Shown one piece after another: positions 23,999 through 33,455 of a stretch of 43,954 nt of DNA. This stretch comes from an uncultured Acidobacteriota bacterium (GTDB lineage Bacteria > Acidobacteriota > Polarisedimenticolia > Polarisedimenticolales > JAIQFR01). Below the pieces are notes generated by a model. The model did no database searches and had not been told where the DNA came from. It saw only the letters and a list, made by a program, of their open reading frames with translations. How positions within the stretch are numbered: position 1 is the stretch's first letter; the number at the start of each line of letters is the position of its first letter. A program made the translations under genes and the position numbers. Location: NCBI GenBank assembly GCA_964590285.1, contig CAZPWK010000001.1:1-43954 (forward strand), given 5' to 3'.

Positions 23999-26900
23999 TC
24001 ACCCGGCGACGACGACCGTGCCGGATCGGAGGAGCCACAGCTCGGCGCGAGGGACGGAGTCGAGGCCGAGGGAGCGGCGGACCGCCTCGGCGTAGACGGA
24101 GACCTGCGGCCCGTAGCGCGCCCGGGCCTCCTCCGCCGGGAGGCCGAGGTCGGTCTTGAAGTCCGCGACCACGACCGCGCCGTCCGGCTCGCGGTACAGG
24201 AGGTCGAGCACGCCGCTCGACGCGGAGCCGTCCTCGCGCCGCAGGAGGACCGGCACCTCGCGGCCGAGCACCTCGACGGAAGCCAGCCTGGCGGCCAGGG
24301 GAGAAGCGGCGAAGGCGGCCAGAATCTCCCGGAGATCGTGCTCGACGTCGCCGGCGTCGGCCCCGGTCTCCTCCGCGGCCCGCAGGCCCGCGAACCGGAC
24401 GAGCGGATCCGGGATCGGGCCGGCGAGCGGATCCCATCGCTCGAGGACCTCGTGCGTCGCGATGCCCGCGGCGCGAGCGACGTCCCGGTCGCGCGCCGAT
24501 CGCCCGGGCCGGGCGTCCGCGGCCGTCTCCCGCGCGTCGTCGAGGGTCTCGCGCAGCCCGCTCGGCCGCACGAGGGGAGGCCGGGCCGCCTCGCCGTAGC
24601 GGAGGAGGGCGGCGCGAAAGGCCTCGACCGCCTCGGACGGCTCCGGCACGGCCCCCCTCGGCTCCGTGCGAACTTTCCATCGGGCGGGGGCGACGCGATG
24701 CAGGACCCTGCCGCCCGCGATCTCCTGCCCGTCCGCCGGCGGGCCGGCCGAGGAGTAGCCCCACGGGCCGAGGGCCTCGACCCAGGCCGCCTCGGAGCCG
24801 GCTCCCGCCAGCACGATCAGCCGCTCCCGCGCGCGGGTCGCGGCGACGTAGAGCAGGCGCTGCCGCTCGGCCGCCTCGTGCTCCTTCTCCTCGAGATCGC
24901 GCAGCGCGCGCGCCGAGTCGATCGTCCGGCCGATCGCGACCCCGAGAGCCCGGCCGCCGCCGGTCAGATCCACCATCCGGATCGGATCGCGCGACGGGTC
25001 CCCGCGGGCGTCCTCGCGCGCGAGATCGACGACGAGGACGACCTTGCTCTCGAGCCCCTTCGCCTTGTGGACCGTCAGGACCCGGACCGCCTCGACGTTC
25101 TCGTCCGCCAGAGGGGAGTCCCCCTCGACGTCCGACGCCCGCTCGTTCTCGATCTCGTCGAGGACGTCATTGAGGGACAGCCTCCCGTCGCGCGCGAGCT
25201 CCGCGACGGTCGCGGCGAGCTTCCCGAGGTTCGCGACCCGCTGCGCCCCCTCGTGCGCGAAGGCGCCGAGGACGAGCGATCCGGTCCGCGCGATCGCGCG
25301 CCGCACGACCGCGTCGGTCGGGAGATCGGCGGTCTCGACCGCGAGCCGGCGGAGCCGGTCGAGGGCGCCGGCGAGGGCGGGAAGCCGCGCCGGATCGACC
25401 TCCTCCCGGAGCTTCCAGGACCCGCCGAGGGCGGCGTGGACCGCCAGCTCGTCGTCGGGGACCGCTCCCGCGGGCGACCGCAGGTAGGCGAGGAGCGCCA
25501 CCGGGTCGGACGGCCTCGCGAGGGCGCGGAGCACCGCCATGAGATGCCGGACCTCGGGCCGGTCGAGGAAGAGCCTCCCGCCGTCCACGACGAACGGGAT
25601 CCCGGCGTCCCGCAGCGGCCTCACGTAGTGGTGGACGACCGTGAAGGCGCGAAGGAGTACGAAGACGTCGCTCCAGGCGAACCCCTCTTCCTCGACGAGC
25701 CGCCGGACGCGCTCCGCGACGAGCGCCCCCTCCCGGTCGCGGCGATCGCCGGAGCTTCTCCCCCCGACCGTCCAGATCTCGACGCGCGGCACGGGGGGCT
25801 CGTCGGGCCGGGCCGCCTCGATCGCGACGTACTCCGGCTGCTTCGGAGACGCTCTCCAGGACCCGAGGAAGAGGTCGTTCACCGGCCCCAGGACCGCCGG
25901 GACGCTCCGGAAGTTCGTGACGAGGTCGAGCTCGAGCCCTCCCTCCGCGACCACCCGGTCGACCGCCCGCCGGAACGCCGCGTAGTCCGCCCCCCGGAAC
26001 CGGTAGATCGACTGCTTCGGGTCCCCGACGATGAACAGCCGGCCCGGCTCGAGGGGGACGGCGTAGGCGTCCCTCTCGCGCTCTCCCGCCCTTCCCGCGA
26101 GGTACAGGACGATCTCGTACTGCAGCGGGTCGGTGTCCTGGAACTCGTCCACGAGGAGCATGCGGCAGCGCTTCCTCGCCTCCTCCCGCACCGCCGGGCG
26201 CTCGCGGAGGAGATCGCGCGCGAGGGAGAGGATGGCGTCGAAGGAGACCGCGCCCTGCGCGAGGAGCCGCTTCCTGGCGTCGAGCGCGAACGGGCCGGCC
26301 GCCTCGACGAGGGCTTGGGCGAGCCCGTCGTCGATCGTGGCGAGGAGCCTGGCCAGGCGGCGGGCGGACCGGGCGGCGCCCTCGAGCTCCTCGGGCGTCA
26401 CCACCCGCAGCTTGGCGTTGGCCTTCGGCGGGTCCTTTCGAAGCGCCTCCCCGAGATCCTCCTCGCGCCCGATCGCGTCGCGCAGCGCCGGGGCGCCGCC
26501 GTCCGAGAAGAGCGCCAGCGCCCTCCGGTACTCGCCGAGCTTGGCGACCGCGCCCTCCGTCATTCCCTTCTGTCGCGAGAGGACCGCGTCGATCTCCGCG
26601 ATCCGGCGGAGCGCCTCGGCGCGGAGCGCCCCGGACGCGTCCGGCCCGGTCCCGCCCCCCTTCAGGAGCTCGGCGGGAACGCCGAAGCCCGCCAGGGCGA
26701 GCGCGGCCTTCCGGACGGCGCCGATGTCCGCCTCGGACAGGAGTCTTCTCCAGAGATCGCCGCGCGCGGCCGCCGGCCCCAGCTCGGCGCGGAGGAACTC
26801 CTCCCAGGCCTCGTCGAGCAGCGCCTTGTACAGGGGCCCGTCGTCCACCGCGAACCCGGGGACCACCCCGGCCTCGAGAGGGTGCGACCGGAGGAGCTCC

Positions 26901-27307
26901 GAGCAGAAGCCGTGGATGGTGACGACCTTCGCGCGGTCGAGGTCGACCAGGGCCGAGAGGGCGCGCGGCGCGAGGTCGGCCTTCGCGATCCCCCGCTCCC
27001 CCGTCAGGTGGGCGAAGGCGCGCCCCGAGGCCTTCGCCGCGTCGGGCCGAGCGCCGCCGGCGAGGGCGCGAAGCTCCTCGAGGCCGGCGGCGAGACGCTC
27101 GCGCATCTCGGCCGCGGCCTTCTCCGTGAAGGTGATCGCGGCGAAGCTCGAGGCGTCGGCGAGGCCGGCGCCGAGGGCGACGAGGAGCCGCTCGACGAGG
27201 AGGCTCGTCTTCCCGGTCCCCGCGCCCGCCTCGACGACGAGGTTCCGGTCGAAGACCGTCGTCGCCGTGCGTCGCGCGTCGCGGTCGGGCAGAGCGGCGT
27301 CTCTCAC
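23999..27307 (-). CDS. addA: ATP-dependent helicase-nuclease subunit A (UvrD/Rep helicase plus C-terminal PD-(D/E)XK nuclease)
   Basis: ORF 23999..27307. GTG 27307 overlaps the addB stop (GTGA). Motifs seen: GAGTGKTS, LLVDEFQDTDPLQ, FIVGDPKQSIYRFRGA, VLTVHKAKGLE, LLYVAATRARERL, and the nuclease block VLDLLYRE..VVVADFKTD. Confidence 0.8.
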   Translation of the reverse strand: MRDAALPDRDARRTATTVFDRNLVVEAGAGTGKTSLLVERLLVALGAGLADASSFAAITFTEKAAAEMRERLAAGLEELRALAGGARPDAAKASGRAFAHLTGERGIAKADLAPRALSALVDLDRAKVVTIHGFCSELLRSHPLEAGVVPGFAVDDGPLYKALLDEAWEEFLRAELGPAAARGDLWRRLLSEADIGAVRKAALALAGFGVPAELLKGGGTGPDASGALRAEALRRIAEIDAVLSRQKGMTEGAVAKLGEYRRALALFSDGGAPALRDAIGREEDLGEALRKDPPKANAKLRVVTPEELEGAARSARRLARLLATIDDGLAQALVEAAGPFALDARKRLLAQGAVSFDAILSLARDLLRERPAVREEARKRCRMLLVDEFQDTDPLQYEIVLYLAGRAGERERDAYAVPLEPGRLFIVGDPKQSIYRFRGADYAAFRRAVDRVVAEGGLELDLVTNFRSVPAVLGPVNDLFLGSWRASPKQPEYVAIEAARPDEPPVPRVEIWTVGGRSSGDRRDREGALVAERVRRLVEEEGFAWSDVFVLLRAFTVVHHYVRPLRDAGIPFVVDGGRLFLDRPEVRHLMAVLRALARPSDPVALLAYLRSPAGAVPDDELAVHAALGGSWKLREEVDPARLPALAGALDRLRRLAVETADLPTDAVVRRAIARTGSLVLGAFAHEGAQRVANLGKLAATVAELARDGRLSLNDVLDEIENERASDVEGDSPLADENVEAVRVLTVHKAKGLESKVVLVVDLAREDARGDPSRDPIRMVDLTGGGRALGVAIGRTIDSARALRDLEEKEHEAAERQRLLYVAATRARERLIVLAGAGSEAAWVEALGPWGYSSAGPPADGQEIAGGRVLHRVAPARWKVRTEPRGAVPEPSEAVEAFRAALLRYGEAARPPLVRPSGLRETLDDARETAADARPGRSARDRDVARAAGIATHEVLERWDPLAGPIPDPLVRFAGLRAAEETGADAGDVEHDLREILAAFAASPLAARLASVEVLGREVPVLLRREDGSASSGVLDLLYREPDGAVVVADFKTDLGLPAEEARARYGPQVSVYAEAVRRSLGLDSVPRAELWLLRSGTVVVAG

Positions 27308-30300
27308 TCCGCCTCCCGGCCGCGCCCGACCGCGGCCCGCACCTCGGCGAGGGTGCGGAGCTTCGTCTTGTTCTTGGACGCGAGGGCGCGGTAGTCCCCC
27401 GTGTCGGGCGCCTCCTCCTCACGGCGGAGGGTCGGAGGGTGCGTTCTCCGGCAGGCGGGGTCGTACGGGCAGAAGCCGCAGTGGTCGCCCGCGCGGAGGG
27501 GGAATCTCCCCGCGGCGACGAGATCGAGGAGGACGCGGACCGTCTCGTCGAACGCGGCCGAGGTCTCGGCCGACGGGAACCCCTCGAAGACCGTCCGGCG
27601 GGGCTTCTCCTCGAGCCCCGGCCCGGGATCGAACGAAGGCCCGACCCCGAGGAACTCGACCCGGGCGCCTCCCGCGAGCCTCGAGTAGAGCGGCGCCTGC
27701 ATTCTCACTCCCCGGAGCGCCAGTTTCGCGTCGGTCTGCTCCTCGAGGCTCCCGCGGGTCTTGTAGTCCGAGACGACGGTCCTGCCCCCCACGTCGAGGA
27801 TCCGGTCGAGCCGCCCCTCGACCTCCGCCTCCTTCCCGCGCCCGAAGGAGAGGCGAGCCCTGAGCGTGCGCTCGAGTTCGCGGGGCGCCGCGCCCTCGGA
27901 CGCCATCCGGGAGAGGTCCTCGCGGAGGAAATCGAGAAGGGCGGAGCGCCAGCGCCCGGTTTCGGCCTCCCACAGGAGAGGCAGGCGCGTTCCGGCGCGC
28001 TCGCCGACGTCGGAGAAGGCGCGGTCCCACTCCTCGCCGAGGATCGCCTCCGCGCGGGAGAGGAGGCGAGCCTCGAGGCCCCGGGCGAAGAGCTTCTCGT
28101 CGCGGAGCCGGGCGTGGAGCGACTCGAGGAGCGAGTGCACCCGTCGGCCCATCGCCGCCGCCGGGATCTCGAAGTCCGAGGCGGCCTCCTCCAACTCGTA
28201 GACGCGGAGCACGTGGCGGAAGAAGAACTGGAGGGGGCAGCGCCCGAGGCGCTCGAGCGACGTGACGGAGAGCCGCGACGGTGCGGTGGCCCGAGCGCCG
28301 ACGCGGGCGTCCCAGGCGGTCGGCGCGGGCGCGAACGACTCGGTCGCGAGAAGCATCGCCAGCCCGCCGGCGATCGACGGGTCCGCCCGGGCGAGCCGGG
28401 CCGCGACGTCCTTCCGGCCGTGGCCTCGGAGCGCGACGAGGAGGGCCCCTTCCTCGGGGCTCAGGAGGCCGGGCGACTCCTCCAGGGTCTCGAGCCGGTC
28501 CTTCGGATGCGACCGGAAGACTTCGGCCGATCGCCGCGCGGCCTCGAGATCCGGCCGCCCGATCGCGAGCCGCGCGACCTCCCGGAGCGCGATCGAGGCG
28601 GCTCTCGCCCTGCCGCTCTCGTCGGCGCGCTGCCACGAGACCTCGAGCGCCTCCCTCGCCGAGCCGAGGACGAGCGCGAGGAGGAGCCGCTCCTCGGACG
28701 CGCTCTCCCGCTTCACGGGAAGCGGCCTTCCGGTGGCCTCGCGGAGCCTCTCCCGCGCCGCGTCCCCGAGGAACGGGTCCTCGCTCGCGGCGCGCGGAAA
28801 GAGGCCCGAGTTCATTCCGAGCAGGAAGACGCGGTCGAACGTGAGGCCGCGCGCCTGCATCGCGTCGAGGAGGCGGATCCCGCCCGAGTCGGCGCGATGC
28901 GGGGCGAGCGACGCGCCGTCGGCCGCGCGCTCGAGCCAGGAGACCATCTCCTCGAACGGCACGTCGCGGGAATCGCCGAGGAAGGCCGGGAGCGCCCGCA
29001 TCTCGTCGAGAAGGCCGGCGAGCGCGTCGAGCGGAGGCGCCGGGCCGCCCCCGGCCCGGGGGGCGAAGGCGCGGGCGGCGAGCCCTGCGACGGCGTCCGC
29101 GTGGGCCGGCCAGGTCCTCGGCCGGGACGTATCGCACGCGTCCCGGAGCGCGCGCACGGCGTCCCCGATCCTCCGGGCCTCGCCGACGCGCTCTCCCGCG
29201 CGGGCCTCGGCCGCTTCCCGCTCCTCTCCGTTCGCGTCCTCCCCGGGCTCGAAGCGCTCCGCCCAGCGGACCAGGTCCACCGTCCAGGCTTCGACTCCGC
29301 CGACGATCCCCGCCCGTCGGCTCCACGACTCCGCGAGATCCCCCGAGGGCGCGCCCTCGAGCCCGAGCGCCTCCCAGCGGACGCGGGGCGAGGCCAGGAT
29401 CTCGGCCGTCGCGGCCCGCGGGAAGGAGGAGGCGGCCGCGCGCAGCAGCAGAAGAAGATCCCGGACCTCGGGCTCGCGGCGGAGCGGCGCGGCCAGCGGG
29501 GACGTGAAGGCGAGAGGCCCGTCGTCGAGGACCTCGCCCGCCGCGGCGGCGAACGGGGCGAGGCTCCGTGCGACGATCGCGATCTCTCGCGGCCGGGTCC
29601 CCGCGGCCGCGGACGCGAGCGCGCGCCGCACGGCGGCGAGAAGCTCCGCCCGGGCGCCCTGAGCGGTCCGGAGGCGCACCGTGCCGCCGGGGAGCGGCTC
29701 GGGCCCGCTCGACTCTTCGTACAGCGCTCCGAGACGGTCCCCGAGGAGGCCGGACCCCGGCCGGGGAATCCTCTCGATCTCTTCCCGCTCCCCGAGAAGG
29801 TGACGCCGAACAAACCGCTCCGCGTAGGCGGAGACCTCGGCCCCCGGCTCGGCAGGGAGGAGGAACGTCACCTCGCGCCCACGGTCGAGCGCGAGCACGA
29901 GATCGAGGTGGACGCCGATGAGCTCGTAGGCCCCGTGGTGGAGGATCGTCCGGTACCGGGCGGCGTGATCCGCCGCGCGGGCTGCCGCTTCCCGGACGAG
30001 CCCGGCGTCGTCCGCGAAGCCGGCGCCCCGCCGTTCCTCGAGGGCCGAGGAAAAGGCGCGATGGACCTCCGCGAGCGCCCTCTCCCCCGCCGTCTCCGCG
30101 GCGTTCTCGACCTCCTCCGGCCCGATGCCGGCCTCCCGGAGCTCGCGGAGCGTCCCGAGGAGCGCGCCGACCGTCCCGGGCAAGTCCCGCGCGTGGCGGG
30201 AGAGGGGATTCGAACCGAGCGCCGACAGAGCGCGATCGAGAATCGCCTCCTCGAGGATCCGCGAGGCCGCCCGCGGGCGCGGGCCTTCCTCCCGGCCGAG

Positions 30301-30513
30301 GATCGAGAGCGCGAGCGACCGGTGATGGGCGACCTCGACGGCGAGGCACGCGCCGAGCCGCTCCGCGAGGCGGACGCGAACGTGCCGCGCGAGGAGGACG
30401 GTCGGGACGACGACCAGCACCGGCGCGAGCGGGTCGTCCCGCTTCGCCGCGGCCACCCGGTCGAGGAGCTCCGCCTCGAGGACGAACGGGTCCGGATGGG
30501 CGAGGACCTTCAC
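27304..30513 (-). CDS. addB: Helicase-nuclease subunit B (AddB-type, Fe-S cluster nuclease)
   Basis: This is the last 1069 codons of ORF 27304..32778, starting at GTG 30513 (VKVLAHPDPFVLEAELL). There is no Walker A motif. The C-terminus has RCPLQFFF, then DRILDVGGRTVVSDYKT, then CGFCPYDPAC. That gives four Cys plus a RecB-type nuclease motif, as in AddB. Confidence 0.75.
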   Translation of the reverse strand: MKVLAHPDPFVLEAELLDRVAAAKRDDPLAPVLVVVPTVLLARHVRVRLAERLGACLAVEVAHHRSLALSILGREEGPRPRAASRILEEAILDRALSALGSNPLSRHARDLPGTVGALLGTLRELREAGIGPEEVENAAETAGERALAEVHRAFSSALEERRGAGFADDAGLVREAAARAADHAARYRTILHHGAYELIGVHLDLVLALDRGREVTFLLPAEPGAEVSAYAERFVRRHLLGEREEIERIPRPGSGLLGDRLGALYEESSGPEPLPGGTVRLRTAQGARAELLAAVRRALASAAAGTRPREIAIVARSLAPFAAAAGEVLDDGPLAFTSPLAAPLRREPEVRDLLLLLRAAASSFPRAATAEILASPRVRWEALGLEGAPSGDLAESWSRRAGIVGGVEAWTVDLVRWAERFEPGEDANGEEREAAEARAGERVGEARRIGDAVRALRDACDTSRPRTWPAHADAVAGLAARAFAPRAGGGPAPPLDALAGLLDEMRALPAFLGDSRDVPFEEMVSWLERAADGASLAPHRADSGGIRLLDAMQARGLTFDRVFLLGMNSGLFPRAASEDPFLGDAARERLREATGRPLPVKRESASEERLLLALVLGSAREALEVSWQRADESGRARAASIALREVARLAIGRPDLEAARRSAEVFRSHPKDRLETLEESPGLLSPEEGALLVALRGHGRKDVAARLARADPSIAGGLAMLLATESFAPAPTAWDARVGARATAPSRLSVTSLERLGRCPLQFFFRHVLRVYELEEAASDFEIPAAAMGRRVHSLLESLHARLRDEKLFARGLEARLLSRAEAILGEEWDRAFSDVGERAGTRLPLLWEAETGRWRSALLDFLREDLSRMASEGAAPRELERTLRARLSFGRGKEAEVEGRLDRILDVGGRTVVSDYKTRGSLEEQTDAKLALRGVRMQAPLYSRLAGGARVEFLGVGPSFDPGPGLEEKPRRTVFEGFPSAETSAAFDETVRVLLDLVAAGRFPLRAGDHCGFCPYDPACRRTHPPTLRREEEAPDTGDYRALASKNKTKLRTLAEVRAAVGRGREAE

Positions 30514-31118
30514 GGGCGAAGCGTACCCGAATCGGGGGGAGGAGAGGGAAGTGGCTCCGGGCTCGCTCGTTTCCCGCCCCGGCCCGATACGAACACGACG
30601 TCGTCGGTTTTCGCCACCGTGTGGGTGAGGTCGATGCCGGGCTGGGGTTTCAGGACCCTCCCCGCCCAGAGCAGGATGTGAAACGACACGTGTATCGGCT
30701 CGGCGAGCTCCGGGCTCGCGTACTCGTTTGCGATCGCGTACTTCACTTTCACCTTGCCCGCGAACCGCAAGAGCGGTGTGCCCTCCCCGATCCTGATCGC
30801 GTTGAACAAGGACCCGGTCGTGCTCGAGAACAGCGGGTGCACGTAGTACGTGCCGCGTCGAACCGCGGGGTCGTCGATTTCGTACTCGAGGACGGCCTCG
30901 ATGATGGTGTTCTCGTCCACGGCGCTGCCCGGGGCGGGCGTGATCTCCAGGACGCGCACCCGTGCGGCAGGCGCGCCGATCGGCCAGCGGTCGGGGGACG
31001 CGGGCGTCACGGCCAGCAGCGTCGGGAGAGAACCGCTCGTTTGGCTGGCCGGAGCCGACGGCGAAGATGCGAGCTGGACCGTGAGGGTCAGGAGCGCGAC
31101 GGCGGTCGGGGCTCGCAT
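30510..31118 (-). CDS. Hypothetical exported protein (202 aa), translationally coupled to addB
   Basis: Part of ORF 30510..31256, trimmed to ATG 31118, which follows AGGAGGGAAGAACCG. The signal peptide is MRAPTAVALLTLTVQLASSPSAPA. The stop overlaps the addB GTG (GTGA at 30510-30513). GC is lower than in the neighbours. Confidence 0.6.
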   Translation of the reverse strand: MRAPTAVALLTLTVQLASSPSAPASQTSGSLPTLLAVTPASPDRWPIGAPAARVRVLEITPAPGSAVDENTIIEAVLEYEIDDPAVRRGTYYVHPLFSSTTGSLFNAIRIGEGTPLLRFAGKVKVKYAIANEYASPELAEPIHVSFHILLWAGRVLKPQPGIDLTHTVAKTDDVVFVSGRGGKRASPEPLPSPPPDSGTLRP

Positions 31119-31217
31119 CGGTTCTTCCCTCCTTTCGGGGGGTTGCTTCGCGAGAAGATACCGCAAGAAGCCTGAATCCGTGCCGGTTCCCGGCGAGCCG
31201 TCCGCCTGCCTCCTCTC

Positions 31218-31243
31218 GGGGCCCCCCTTGACCGCGGGGCCCC
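31218..31243 (+). promoter_or_regulatory. GGGGCCCC / GGGGCCCC hairpin in the leader of the MgtC-like operon
   Basis: The self-complementary 8-mer occurs at 31218-31225 and 31236-31243 with a 10-nt loop (CCTTGACCGC). It ends 38 nt before GTG 31282. Confidence 0.25.
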
Positions 31244-31281
31244 TCCGAGACGACATTCACCGGGACGAGGGAGGGGCGAGC

Positions 31282-32541
31282 GTGTTCGAGACGGCGCGGC
31301 CGTTCCTGCTGGCCCTGGCGATCGGGCTCCTCATCGGGATCGAGCGCGAGAGGGCGCACGCCGACCGGAAGGTGCAGGATCCCCTGGGATCCCGGACGTT
31401 CACGCTCCTCGCCCTCCTCGGCGCCGTCGCCGCCTACGTCGAGAACGTCGCCTTCGCGGTCGCCCTCGCCGCCTTCGCCGGCGCGATCGTGCTCGCGGGC
31501 TACCTGAGGACGCACCTCGGGCCGGAGGGGTCCGGGGTCGGCGCGACGACCGAGGTCGCCGCGATGGTCACGTTCACGCTCGGCTACCTCGCGCGGTTCC
31601 AGGCCGCGCTGACGGTCATGCTCGCGGTGATCGTCCTCGTGGTCCTCGCGCTCAAGCCGAGGATCCACCGCTTCGCCCAGGCCGGGCTCTCGCAGAAGGA
31701 GGTCACGGCCGCTCTGACCTTCCTGGTGATCGCGTTCGTCGTGCTGCCCCTCCTCCCGAACCGCGCGCTCGACCGTTGGGAGCTCTTCAATCCGTTCCGC
31801 CTCTGGCTGATCTACGCGCTGATCACCGGGATCGGGTTCGCCGGGTACTTCGCGGTCCGGATGCTCGGCCCCGAGCGGGGGTTCGCGGTCGCGGGGCTGT
31901 TCGCCGGGTTCGTCTCCTCGACGGCGGCGACGCTCTCGCTCTCGCAGAGGGCGCGCGACGAGGGGGCGCGCGTCGGCGTCCTGGCGACCGGCATCGTCCT
32001 CGCGAACGCGGCCTCGGCGGCGGCGCAGGTCGTCGTCGTGGCGGTGGCGAACCCGGATCTCGTGCGGTCCGTCCTCCCCGTCGTCGGCGCCCCGGTCGCG
32101 GTCGGCGCGCTCTGGGCCGCGCTCTCGGTCCGGGGGATCGGCCGTCGCGAGGAGGCGGCGGGCGGCCCGGCCTTCTCGATCGAGAGCCCGATCGCGCTCC
32201 GGTCCTCGGCGGGGTTCGCCGCGGCGCTCGGCGTCGTGCTCGTCGCGACCTCGGCGGCGAGCCGGTGGTTCGGGCCGGCGGGGGTCCTCGCGACGGCGGC
32301 GGTCGGCGGCGCCGGCGACGTGCACGCGGTCACCCTGGCGGTATCCACGCTCGAGGCGGCGCGGACGATCGCGGCCCGCGAGGCGGTGCTTTCGATCCTC
32401 GTCGGCTTCCTCGCCAACATGGCGGTCAAGCTCTCGCTGACCGGTTGGGCGGGCGGCCGGAGGCTCCTCGCAGCCGTCGCCCCCCCGCTCGTCGCGATGA
32501 TGGCCGCGGCCGCCGCCGCGTTCCTGGCGGCGGCGGGGTAG
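31282..32541 (+). CDS. MgtC/SapB-family plus DUF4010-type integral membrane protein
   Basis: This is the last 419 codons of ORF 30850..32541. GTG 31282 follows GGGAGG. The MgtC N-terminal motif FLLALAIGLLIGIERE is present. The protein has about 10 hydrophobic helices throughout. Confidence 0.75.
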   Translation: MFETARPFLLALAIGLLIGIERERAHADRKVQDPLGSRTFTLLALLGAVAAYVENVAFAVALAAFAGAIVLAGYLRTHLGPEGSGVGATTEVAAMVTFTLGYLARFQAALTVMLAVIVLVVLALKPRIHRFAQAGLSQKEVTAALTFLVIAFVVLPLLPNRALDRWELFNPFRLWLIYALITGIGFAGYFAVRMLGPERGFAVAGLFAGFVSSTAATLSLSQRARDEGARVGVLATGIVLANAASAAAQVVVVAVANPDLVRSVLPVVGAPVAVGALWAALSVRGIGRREEAAGGPAFSIESPIALRSSAGFAAALGVVLVATSAASRWFGPAGVLATAAVGGAGDVHAVTLAVSTLEAARTIAAREAVLSILVGFLANMAVKLSLTGWAGGRRLLAAVAPPLVAMMAAAAAAFLAAAG

Positions 32542-32548
32542 CGCGGGC

Positions 32549-33454
32549 GTGGCCGCGAGCGGGAGACGGCTCGGCGCCGCGCCGGCGCTCGCGATCCTGG
32601 CGGCGGCCGCCTGCGGGGGAGGGGAGATGCCGGCCGGGCCGACGAACGATCCCGTGGAGCCCAGGGCGCCGCGCCCGGTCGAGTGGGTCGACGGGCCGGC
32701 GGGACGCATCCGGGTGGACGACGGAGGCGCGGGCGGGGTCCCGGTCCTGTTCGTCCACGGCCTGGCGGGCGACCGCACGGTCTGGAGGGAGCAGCTCGAT
32801 CGGGTGCGCCAGACGCGCCGCGCGATCGCGGTCGACCTCAGGGGCCACGGCGAGTCGTCCCCGTCGGAGTCGGGCGACTACTCGATCCCGGCGTTCGTCG
32901 CCGACGTCGTCGCGGTCGCGAACGCGCTGAAGCTCGACCGGTTCGTCCTCGTCGGGCACAGCCTCGGGGGCTCGGTGGCGGCCGGCTACGCGGGGGCGAG
33001 CCCGGAGCGGGTCGCCGGGATCCTCCTGGCGGATCCCTCGGGGGTCGGGACGAAGGTCCCCCGCGGGGAGGCCGAGGCGATGCTCCGGCAGATGGCTCCC
33101 GGGACGTACGCGCGGTTCGTCTCCCGCTACTTCGGGGCGCTTCTCGAGGGCGCGGATCCCGCGTGCCGGGAGCGCGTTCTCCGGTCCCTCCGGATGACGA
33201 GGCGCGAGGTCGTCGCCGGGGCGTTCCGCGGGAGCCTCTCCTGGAACCCGGTCCCCTCGCTCGAGCGTTACCCGGGGCCGAAGCTCGCCGTCGTGTCGGC
33301 GGCGAGCCGCGCGCCGTGGAGCCTGACGGAGGTCATGCCGGCCCTCCCGACCCGGCGGATGCCGGGAACCAGCCACTGGCCGATGCTGGACCGCCCGGCG
33401 GAATTCCAAGGCATCCTCTCGGACTTCCTTTCGGGGACCGCGACCGAAAATTAG
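32549..33454 (+). CDS. Alpha/beta hydrolase, probable lipoprotein
   Basis: ORF 32549..33454 (GTG start). The N-terminus has LAILAAAACGGG, which is lipobox-like. Other motifs seen: VLFVHGLAGD, VGHSLGG (nucleophile elbow), TSHWPMLD (catalytic His). Confidence 0.8.
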   Translation: MAASGRRLGAAPALAILAAAACGGGEMPAGPTNDPVEPRAPRPVEWVDGPAGRIRVDDGGAGGVPVLFVHGLAGDRTVWREQLDRVRQTRRAIAVDLRGHGESSPSESGDYSIPAFVADVVAVANALKLDRFVLVGHSLGGSVAAGYAGASPERVAGILLADPSGVGTKVPRGEAEAMLRQMAPGTYARFVSRYFGALLEGADPACRERVLRSLRMTRREVVAGAFRGSLSWNPVPSLERYPGPKLAVVSAASRAPWSLTEVMPALPTRRMPGTSHWPMLDRPAEFQGILSDFLSGTATEN

Positions 33455-33455
33455 A

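Noticed and set aside
23999-30513. The UvrD-like helicase plus PD-(D/E)XK nuclease pair, considered as a candidate anti-phage system (Gabija-like or similar).
   Set aside because: The architecture is canonical AddAB. AddA has a helicase with a C-terminal RecB-type nuclease. AddB has the four-Cys Fe-S nuclease domain, and the two genes are coupled. This is the standard double-strand-break resection machine.
30514-32778. The N-terminal 755 codons of the 1824-aa ORF 27304..32778 (-).
   Set aside because: Only the part from GTG 30513 onward has AddB features. The upstream part is Arg/Asp/Glu/Pro low-complexity. It overlaps a well-supported exported-protein gene and is antisense to the MgtC-like membrane protein gene.
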